A stretch of 64,000 bases of DNA from Planctomycetota bacterium (GTDB taxonomy: Bacteria; Planctomycetota; Planctomycetia; JALXBF01): the NCBI GenBank assembly GCA_026991575.1, contig JALXBF010000179.1, positions 1 to 64,000 on the forward strand, written 5' to 3'. Position 1 is the stretch's first letter; the number at the start of each line of letters is the position of its first letter. Below the pieces are notes generated by a model. It ran no database searches and had not been told where the DNA came from. It saw only the letters and a program-made list of their open reading frames with translations. Below are positions 47,958-55,706 of the stretch, in pieces. A program made the position numbers and the translations under genes.

Positions 47958-49298
47958 TCAGCCAGAGGGCTGGAGCCAACGCGCGGCGATGGCCTGCAGG
48001 GCTGCCAGCGTGTTCTCACGACGGGCTGCCTCATCGGGCGGTTGCCTCAGGAACGCGTTCATAGCCGGCAGGAGATCGAGCGCGCGGTCCAGCGTCGGAT
48101 TTGCCCCCCGTCGGTAGCCGCCGATCTGGATGAGTTCTGCCGCGTCGCGGTACACGGCCAGCGCTTCGCGGAACGCCGCCGCCGCCCGTTGCTGCTCTGG
48201 CCCGGCAATCTCGTTGGCCAGGCGGCTCAAGCTCTGGAGCACGTCGATCGCGGGATAGTGGCCGCGTTCGGCAAGGTCACGGCTGAGCACGATGTGACCA
48301 TCCAGAATGGCACGCGTCGCGTCCGCGATCGGGTCGTTGAGGTCGTCGCCTTCAACGAGCACCGTACACAGTGCCGTGATAGCGCCCCGTTCTGCTGAGC
48401 CCAGTCGCTCCAGCAACCCGCTCAGCAGTTGGAATACCGACGGCGTGTAGCCGCGGGCCGTGGGCGGTTCGCCAAGCAGCAGGCCGAGTTCCCGCTGAGC
48501 CATCGCCAGTCGCGTCAGACTGTCCAGGAACAGCACCACGTGTTTTCCTTCGTCGCGGAAGTACTCGGCAATGGCGACTGCCGTGTACGCGGCTCGCACG
48601 CGCAGCAGCGGCGACCGATCCGACGTGGCCACGACAGCGACCACGCGCGCAGCGTTACCTCGGGCCCGCGACGCTTCCAGCGCGGCCTGCACCTCACGGC
48701 CACGCTCGCCGACCAGACACAGCACAACAACATCCGCCGTGCAATGGCGGCTGATCATCGACAGCAACGTTGTCTTGCCGACGCCACTGCCTGCGAAGAT
48801 GCCGACCCGTTGGCCGATGCCCAGCGGAAGAAGGCCATCGATCGCCCGGACCCCGGTGATGAACGGGTCCTTGATGGGTCGGCGGCGCACCGGATCCGGT
48901 GCAGACCGCTGGATCAGCGTCGGACGCACACCTCTGAGCGGGCCCCGGCCGTCGAGCGGTCGTCCAAGACCATCGAGCACGCGTCCGAGTACCCCCGGAC
49001 CAGCAGGCACTTCCAGGGAACAGCCCAGGGACAGAACGATGCCGCCCGGTTCAAACCGGGCGGCATCGTCATAGGTGAGAGCTTGGGACAGCGAGCCGTC
49101 GAAGCCAATCACCTCCCCTCCGTGCCAGCAGCCCTGCTCGTCCCGTACCAGACAGCGCGTGCCGACAGGAGCTCGCAGACGGGTTTCCAACAGGGCGGAA
49201 CGCACCGCATGCAGACGGCCCACAGGCCGTGCCAGTGGCCAGCGCTCGATGATCCGAAGCCACTGCTCTGTCGGGTTCGTGCGATCCCGGTCGCTCAC
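47958..49298 (-). CDS. fliI: Flagellar export ATPase FliI
   Basis: Walker A AGSGVGKT; GERGRE, DSLTRLAMAQRE and ILDGHIVLSR. Confidence 0.96.
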   Translation of the reverse strand: MSDRDRTNPTEQWLRIIERWPLARPVGRLHAVRSALLETRLRAPVGTRCLVRDEQGCWHGGEVIGFDGSLSQALTYDDAARFEPGGIVLSLGCSLEVPAGPGVLGRVLDGLGRPLDGRGPLRGVRPTLIQRSAPDPVRRRPIKDPFITGVRAIDGLLPLGIGQRVGIFAGSGVGKTTLLSMISRHCTADVVVLCLVGERGREVQAALEASRARGNAARVVAVVATSDRSPLLRVRAAYTAVAIAEYFRDEGKHVVLFLDSLTRLAMAQRELGLLLGEPPTARGYTPSVFQLLSGLLERLGSAERGAITALCTVLVEGDDLNDPIADATRAILDGHIVLSRDLAERGHYPAIDVLQSLSRLANEIAGPEQQRAAAAFREALAVYRDAAELIQIGGYRRGANPTLDRALDLLPAMNAFLRQPPDEAARRENTLAALQAIAARWLQPSG

Positions 49299-49930
49299 TA
49301 CCCCTCCGCTGATTCGTCCGTAAGTGCGGCCCACAGGGCCTCAACCAGCCAGTCCAGCTCGCGGGACGGCTCCAGCCAGAGGCTGCCCGATTCGGTCTCG
49401 ATCAGGACCGCGCCACGTTCGACGCGATCGTCGGCAACCAGACTGATGTCAGCAGTCACAAGCTCAGTAAGCTCGCGCACGGCCGAGTGACCGTGCAGCG
49501 CCTGATAGACGCTGGGATGCACATGCAGCGTGATGGGGCCAGTGCCGTGGGCGTGGTGGCTTTCGGCCAACACTCGTGCAGCCAGCCTGATGAGGCACTG
49601 AGGATCGTCGCGGAGCGTGCGGTCCAGAAGTCTTCGGGCCAGCTTGTCGGTGAGCACCAGTGCGGCGTGGGCAGCTTGTTGCAGGGACCGCTCCCGTGCC
49701 GCGACCAATTGGTCACGAGCAGCGGTCAGGGCGCGCACGGCCTGCCTAAGGGCGGCGATTTCCGCAAGCAGCGCTTCACGCTCCTGCTGTGCTCGAGCCT
49801 GCAGTTCTTCGCGCAGGGGGGCTAGCCGCTCGGCAACCCTCTGTTCGACCAGCTTCTCCTCGAAATGCGCTGCCAGCTCCACTGCGCCGGGCAGAAAAGG
49901 CAACGCCAATGCACCGGTGGCTTCCGCCAT
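49298..49930 (-). CDS. fliH: Flagellar assembly protein FliH
   Basis: ITLHVHP...DDRVERGAVLIETESG; lies between fliG and fliI. Confidence 0.85.
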   Translation of the reverse strand: MAEATGALALPFLPGAVELAAHFEEKLVEQRVAERLAPLREELQARAQQEREALLAEIAALRQAVRALTAARDQLVAARERSLQQAAHAALVLTDKLARRLLDRTLRDDPQCLIRLAARVLAESHHAHGTGPITLHVHPSVYQALHGHSAVRELTELVTADISLVADDRVERGAVLIETESGSLWLEPSRELDWLVEALWAALTDESAEG

Positions 49931-49947
49931 CTAGCTAGCCCCCCTGA

Positions 49948-50961
49948 TCAGCTATGCGTCAGAACCTCTTCGCCGCGTTCTTCCAGGGAACAGATGGTCT
50001 CCACCAACCGCTCGACGCCAGCAGCAACGGTCTGCTCATCGAACGTTTCTGTCGTAAGGGCTTGCTCGACGACGTTGCGTACCCGCTCGGGCAGGACGCG
50101 GAAAACCCGTGACTTTACCAGGGGGTCAGCGCTGCTAAGCACGGCGGCCAGGGTGCGTGCGTCGAGCTTCTGGATGACGCGCCGCAGCACCCGATCCGGC
50201 ACGTTGACCAGGTCCTCGATGCGATAAACGAGTTTGCGGAGATTTTCAGCCAGTTCGGGGCTGCGTTGTGCGAGCGTTCGCAGCAGACTGACCCGCGCCG
50301 GCGCTGCCATCCGCCGTACGGCCTGTGCCAACCACAGGAACCGTTCGTTCGCCGGACCGTCTGCGGGTGTGCGCTGGGCATGGAGGCGAGCAACCACGGT
50401 GCGGAGGATCTGGGTGACGAGCGTCTGGGGGGCCGGCCTGCGGAGCAGCAGACGCTGGGAGACGGCTGCGGCCAGCTCGGGACTTAGCTCGGCGATGATC
50501 CGCGCCGCGTAACTCGGGTCAAGCAGCTGGAGCACGATGGCAATGGCACCAGGACTTTCGTCCATCAGTACCTTAACGACGTCCCGGGGATCAACTGCCT
50601 GGATTGAGCGGATCAGGCTAGGTAGATCACCGGTTCCCGTGCCGCCGGCCGCGCTGCTTGGTTGGTCGATGCCGACAGCTTGCGCGGGCTCCGGTCGGCC
50701 GTAGGCCGCGCGCGCCTTCAGGGCTGCACCGACGAGGTTCACATGCGGGCCAGCAGGTGGCTCGGCTGCGTGCAGCGCCAACTGGAGCTCGCCCGTCACC
50801 GCTCGCACCAACTCCTGATTCGGCGGCCTCTGTTCCAACGCAGCCAGGCGCTCCCGCAGCTGCTGACCCAGCTCGCCCAGGCGCGCGAGGACCTGTTGCC
50901 GCAGCTCGGGCGAAAGCGCGGCCAGCAGGACGGCGGCCTTTTCCCGTCCAGAGATCGTCAC
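49948..50961 (-). CDS. fliG: Rotor protein FliG (divergent)
   Basis: SGREKAAVLL N-terminus, DESPGAIAIVL and C-terminal LEERGE; follows fliF. Confidence 0.85.
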   Translation of the reverse strand: MTISGREKAAVLLAALSPELRQQVLARLGELGQQLRERLAALEQRPPNQELVRAVTGELQLALHAAEPPAGPHVNLVGAALKARAAYGRPEPAQAVGIDQPSSAAGGTGTGDLPSLIRSIQAVDPRDVVKVLMDESPGAIAIVLQLLDPSYAARIIAELSPELAAAVSQRLLLRRPAPQTLVTQILRTVVARLHAQRTPADGPANERFLWLAQAVRRMAAPARVSLLRTLAQRSPELAENLRKLVYRIEDLVNVPDRVLRRVIQKLDARTLAAVLSSADPLVKSRVFRVLPERVRNVVEQALTTETFDEQTVAAGVERLVETICSLEERGEEVLTHS

Positions 50962-52508
50962 GCTACCGCCTCCTCTTCCTCACGCAGCCAACGCTCCAGC
51001 ACTTTCGCCACCGCGTCCGGGTCCCGTTCGATGTTCTCCGCGAGCACGGGCATCGGGTGGGCGGACCTGTCGGGGGCAGTGCCCGCTGCGGCCGTCGCGG
51101 CGGCCTTCTGCTCAGGGGGGCCTGCCGGCGCAGGGGGCAGGAATCGACGCACGACGAGCCAGATCGTCCCGAAGGCCATTAGCGACGCGATGACCAGCGA
51201 CGCGGTGCGTGCCAACGTCATGTAGCGTTCCCACCGCTGTGCGGCGGCAAGCTCCTGTTGCAGTGCCTGCCGCATGCGAGCACTAGCAAGGTCCGCCTCA
51301 GAGACGGTCAACTCATCGCCCCGTGCCTCCTGGATGCCTACCGCTGTGCGGACGACCTTTTCAACGTCCTGCACCGTGATCGCCGGTTGACCGTCTTCCG
51401 TTGCAGGCAGGTCAACCAACACGGCCACGGTGAGGCGTTTGATCTGGCCCGCATGGTTCAGCGTGCGCGAGACCGTTTTGGAGACCAGGTACTCGTTTGT
51501 GATCGTCTCCTCCTGGGAGAGTCCCCCTGGTGCGTTCGTGGCGCCGGCCCCTGCTGCTCCAGGCACGTTGGAAGCGACCCCGGGTACGCCACGCGGCACT
51601 GCTCGTGAGCCACGGGTCTCTTTCTTGTTCGTGATCGATTCCGTGCGCACGACCTTGTTGTCCGGGTCGTACTGCTCGCGTGTCAGCTCCTGCTGCGTAA
51701 GATCCACCTCGGCGCTGACCTTGACGACCGCCCTGCCGGGGCCGAGCAGTTCCGTGAGCATCTCTTCGGCTTTCCGTGCCAGGTACTCTTCCAGGTTGCG
51801 GCGATATTCCAGGAGCGATGCCGACAGAAAGCTTTCCTCGTCACGCGGGCCGGCCAGCACCCGGCCCGTCGTGTCGAGAACGGTCACGTTATTCGGGCTC
51901 AGTCCCTCCACACTTCCGGCAACCAGAGCGGTGATGCCGCGCACTACCCCTGGGCCCAGCGTGGCGCCGGGCCGAAGCTTCAGCACAACGCTAGCCGTGG
52001 GAGGCTTCTGCTCGCGTACGAAGGGCGACGGCTCGGGTCGGGTGATGTGCACGCGGGCTGCCGCGACCGGCTCGAGCTGACTGATCGTCCGCGCCAACTC
52101 CGCTTGCAAAGCCCGCAGGTAGTTGACCTGCTCCATGAACGGCGTCATGCCGAAAGGCGATTCGTCGAAGAGTTCGAATCCCTTGACGCCGCCGTCGGCA
52201 ACCCCCTCGGCAGCCAGTTTTAGCCGCAACTCGTGGACCTTGTCCCCCGGGACGTAGATCGACGTGCCGTCCGCCCCGACCTTGTACCGCACGCCCAGAC
52301 GTTCAAGTGCCTCGGTAACCGCCGCTGCGCTTTGCGGCGTGAGATTACCGAAAAGCAGCCGGTAGTCAGGCTGAGCTGCCCAGTAGAGCACGCCGAACAG
52401 CACTGCAAAGGCCGCTGCCAGGCCACCCACCATCAGCAGACGCCCGGTCAGCGAAAGCCCCTGCCAAACGGTGCGAACCTGCGCCAGAAGTTGCTGCCAC
52501 GTTGTCAT
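50958..52508 (-). CDS. fliF: MS-ring protein FliF
   Basis: GFELFD, NYLRALQAELARTI, ARVHI and PTASVVLKL. Confidence 0.95.
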   Translation of the reverse strand: MTTWQQLLAQVRTVWQGLSLTGRLLMVGGLAAAFAVLFGVLYWAAQPDYRLLFGNLTPQSAAAVTEALERLGVRYKVGADGTSIYVPGDKVHELRLKLAAEGVADGGVKGFELFDESPFGMTPFMEQVNYLRALQAELARTISQLEPVAAARVHITRPEPSPFVREQKPPTASVVLKLRPGATLGPGVVRGITALVAGSVEGLSPNNVTVLDTTGRVLAGPRDEESFLSASLLEYRRNLEEYLARKAEEMLTELLGPGRAVVKVSAEVDLTQQELTREQYDPDNKVVRTESITNKKETRGSRAVPRGVPGVASNVPGAAGAGATNAPGGLSQEETITNEYLVSKTVSRTLNHAGQIKRLTVAVLVDLPATEDGQPAITVQDVEKVVRTAVGIQEARGDELTVSEADLASARMRQALQQELAAAQRWERYMTLARTASLVIASLMAFGTIWLVVRRFLPPAPAGPPEQKAAATAAAGTAPDRSAHPMPVLAENIERDPDAVAKVLERWLREEEEAVA

Positions 52509-52587
52509 GCCCGACCAGCCCTCCTTGACCTGCCCCGTGGTCACAACGGCCGGCTATGCACCGGGACGAGTTGCCTGGCGTGCTACA

Positions 52588-52881
52588 CTACACCTGCATG
52601 CGTAGCACTTCGCTGTAGGCCTGGATCAGCCGGTCTCGCACCTCCAGAACCATACGCACTGCCATCTCTGCCTGGGCGACGGCAAGCATGACCGAATGGG
52701 CGCTGTCGACCTCACCCAGCACGAACCGCTCCACCATGGCATCGGCCTGCTCTTCAGCTCGCCTGGCCTGTTGCACGAACTGCTGGAGCACTTGCTCAAA
52801 AGAGTCGCCTGCCGCCTGCCTGACCTTCGAATCGGTCAGCGAGGAGAACGGACCGGATCCCTGAATTGGCTGTAGCGTCAT
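52588..52881 (-). CDS. fliE: Basal-body protein FliE
   Basis: HSVMLAVAQAE...EVRDRLIQAYSEVLRMQV. Confidence 0.95.
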   Translation of the reverse strand: MTLQPIQGSGPFSSLTDSKVRQAAGDSFEQVLQQFVQQARRAEEQADAMVERFVLGEVDSAHSVMLAVAQAEMAVRMVLEVRDRLIQAYSEVLRMQV

Positions 52882-52887
52882 CGGTCA

Positions 52888-53331
52888 CTACCCTCTGGCA
52901 ATCTGCAGTGCCTCCTCAACCATCTGGCGAAATGCACGAAGAACCTTTACGTTCGCTTCGTACGACCGACTGGCCGAAATCAGATTCACCATTTCCATGG
53001 GAATGTCGACGTTGGGCATCAGGACATAGCCCTGTGCATCGGCGTCCGGGTGCCCCGGGTTGTACACCCGGCGGAATGGGCGTGGGTCCACCACGATCTC
53101 CTGCACCTCTACGCCAGTCGGTGCAGGCTCGCCGTACCGTGCCAGGGACTCTTCAAGCACCGAGGCAAACACAACGTCGCGCCGCCGATACGGCTCGCCC
53201 GCCTCGGTGCGCGTCGTGTGAGCGTTGGCGATGTTGGCTGCGGCCACCTCCAGCCGCATCCGCTGAGCCGTCATCCCGCTGGCACTGATCTTTGCGGGCA
53301 AGAAGAACGCTGGGTATTGGATCGCAGCCAT
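52888..53331 (-). CDS. flgC: Proximal rod protein FlgC
   Basis: ANIANA..T, PYRRR, PGHPDAD..GYV.MPNV and SRSYEAN. Confidence 0.97.
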   Translation of the reverse strand: MAAIQYPAFFLPAKISASGMTAQRMRLEVAAANIANAHTTRTEAGEPYRRRDVVFASVLEESLARYGEPAPTGVEVQEIVVDPRPFRRVYNPGHPDADAQGYVLMPNVDIPMEMVNLISASRSYEANVKVLRAFRQMVEEALQIARG

Positions 53332-53352
53332 AGCGTTACCGCCCTCCGCCTA

Positions 53353-53715
53353 CTAGGCCGGCCCATTGAGCGCCCGACGCATCAAGCCGATGCGGCTGGA
53401 TAGGATCTGGGTTGCCATCCGGTACAGCAACGCGTTTTGGAGCAGCAGGCTGAGTTCTTCGTCGATCTTCACGTTGTTGCCATCGCGGCGGCCCGGGCTT
53501 TCGTCCTCGCGAACCACAATCCGCGCTGACAACCGGTCCGTGCCCGCGGCGCCGTCGAGCAGCCGCTCCAGTGACTGCACGAAGTCGACATCCCGGCGTC
53601 GATAACCGGGCGTATCTGCGTTGGCCACGTTGGCAGCAAGCAGTGTGTGGCGGGCATGCGTCAGATCGAGTAACGCAGCCAGCTGCTCAGTGCGGGGTGG
53701 CAACAAGGGCCTCAT
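53353..53715 (-). CDS. flgB: Proximal rod protein FlgB
   Basis: ANVANADTPGYRRRDVDF and DGNNVKID. Confidence 0.95.
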   Translation of the reverse strand: MRPLLPPRTEQLAALLDLTHARHTLLAANVANADTPGYRRRDVDFVQSLERLLDGAAGTDRLSARIVVREDESPGRRDGNNVKIDEELSLLLQNALLYRMATQILSSRIGLMRRALNGPA

Positions 53716-53754
53716 GACTCTACTCCCACTATGCAGCGCGTCGCCCTTCCTTCC

Positions 53755-53783
53755 CTATCGTGCCCGCAGCACACGCAACTTCA
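53755..53783 (-). promoter_or_regulatory. Possible sigma28-like promoter for the flgB operon
   Basis: The minus strand reads TGAAG-N16-CACGATAG. A similar TAAAG-N16-GTCGAGAA lies at 54334-54362 (+). The spacing is longer than in the enteric consensus. Confidence 0.25.
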
Positions 53784-54436
53784 GAAAAACCGCTACAACC
53801 GGTCCACTCGCTACCTTGGCAACAAACCGCACCAGTAGGACTGCGGGGCAACGAGCAGCAAGCCACAACAGCGCTGCGGAGTCCTTCCAGGCGGCCATCC
53901 ACCTCCGCGTAACCCACCGTCGTCCTTCACCACAGCGGCTGCAGGGCCTGCGAAGGTGGCTGCCACACGCTGAGCCGGTCCCCGGCAGGCCCGGCTGGCG
54001 CGGGCTGCTAGCGGAACCGCGGCCGGCCTGGATGTGCTATGCCGCCCGGCGCCCCGACAACCCCTTCACCCTCGCAACGACGGGCCACGCGGCCAGCAGA
54101 TCCGGATAGAGTTGCCGCGCTTTGCGGCCCCGCTGGCAGTGCCCGTTCGGGTCGGCCAGCGCGCCGGTCTTGTGGTCATGGTGGTCGCTGTCGTGAGACT
54201 TCCCGCATGCCTGTCGGGCCCGGGTGTCGCGCGGGGGGCGGTCCCCACCCGCCATTGACTCCCTCAGGTGTGCAGAAAAGGCATGGGCTACGGTGAGTTC
54301 GCCGTGTGTACAGACTTTTCGGTTTGGATCGGCTAAAGGTAACGTGCCGGTTGTGTCGAGAATGCTGAAAACTGGCGGTACCGGTCGGTCGGTGTCGCAC
54401 GTCAGCCAGGCCTGCTGAACGGGGGAGGGACTCCCG

Positions 54437-55603
54437 ATGGTTCGCCGAATGCTACTGGTTGCACTTCTGGTCACAACGGGCAACGATCTCCTGTACGGCC
54501 AGCAGTCGCCCACTGCGGTGACCAGTCCTGACGGTGTTGGTCGTGCCCGGGCGATTTCCGCTCTTGTCGGCTTCGACCGCCGGGCCCAGGGGGAAGCTGT
54601 GCAAGCGATGGCACAGCAGCAGCAGCCGGGCGCGGACGCCGGAGTCCAGCAGGCAGCTGCGACACTGGGCCACGAGATCAGTTGCGGAAAGTGCGGGAAC
54701 GCTGTAGAAGAGTGCGTGTGCATTGATTCGGTAAGCATCTACATCGATTGGCTGTACCTGCAGCCGCGAGGTACAGACCTCGGATATGCCTATCCGACCG
54801 ACGGTGCCTTTGAGCCACCACTGGGACCGACCAGCCAGATCGACTACGACTATGAGCCGGAAGGCTTCCGTGTGGGTGGCTTTGCGGGCCTGGGGGACGG
54901 CAAACACACCATCGGCGTCACCTACACCCGCTTCCAGGCTGGCACCAACAGCTCAGCTTTCGCTCCGCCGGGCATGACGTTGCAGACGTTGCTCCTGGCT
55001 TCGCCGAGTCCGCTGACGGCCGATGCTGCGACGTCGGGCTTTGCCATTGCGCACTCGGAAGTAGACGTCAATCTGTTCGACATCGACCTGCGGCACTACT
55101 TCTGCATGGGCTTTGACGGCCCAGGGAAAGAGTTGTACGGATTCATCGGCACGCGGATCAGCACATTGGATCAGATGTTTAACGTCACCTACGACCGCGA
55201 CCTGGTGCACACGGCCCAGGACCTGAGGGGGGCTGGTATTCGCGGTGGCGTTGGCGGATCGACGACCATCCATGGGGTGAAGCTGTTTGGTTCGGCCGGC
55301 GTTTCGGTGCTGTCTACGGAAATCGAGACCATGTATCGGCAGACCAACAACTTGGATGGCGTCGTCGTCGACTACCGTCAGGACATCGATCGGATCGTTC
55401 CCGTGCTTGATCTGGAACTCGGCGTCGGTTTTGACCTTGGCAAGCACTGCTCGATCAGCGTCGGGTACTTGTACAGCATCTGGTTCAACGTCGTGACGCC
55501 GGAGCAGACAATCGAAGCGGTGCAAGCAGGGGACTTCACCGGGGACGTCGAAGACAACCTGACCTTCGACGGGTTCTTCACGCGGTTTGAGGCAAGCTGG
55601 TAA
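54437..55603 (+). CDS. Outer-membrane beta-barrel protein (Lpg1974/BBP7-like)
   Basis: Signal peptide, DWLYLQPR, alternating beta strands and a C-terminal LTFDGFFTRFEASW; GGAGG RBS. Confidence 0.75.
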   Translation: MVRRMLLVALLVTTGNDLLYGQQSPTAVTSPDGVGRARAISALVGFDRRAQGEAVQAMAQQQQPGADAGVQQAAATLGHEISCGKCGNAVEECVCIDSVSIYIDWLYLQPRGTDLGYAYPTDGAFEPPLGPTSQIDYDYEPEGFRVGGFAGLGDGKHTIGVTYTRFQAGTNSSAFAPPGMTLQTLLLASPSPLTADAATSGFAIAHSEVDVNLFDIDLRHYFCMGFDGPGKELYGFIGTRISTLDQMFNVTYDRDLVHTAQDLRGAGIRGGVGGSTTIHGVKLFGSAGVSVLSTEIETMYRQTNNLDGVVVDYRQDIDRIVPVLDLELGVGFDLGKHCSISVGYLYSIWFNVVTPEQTIEAVQAGDFTGDVEDNLTFDGFFTRFEASW

Positions 55604-55706
55604 ACGAGGGACGGTCAAGCTACCACGGGTCGCGTACCTCCGCGCTTGCCGCCGCAGCCCGATGGGTTGTGGCGGCAACGCGGCTTTTCGGCGTGCAGCT
55701 GTTCCG

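Noticed and set aside
53716..54436. ORFs or an RNA gene in the 720-bp flgB-porin gap
   Set aside because: I recognised no credible protein, tRNA or riboswitch signature; treated as a divergent promoter region.
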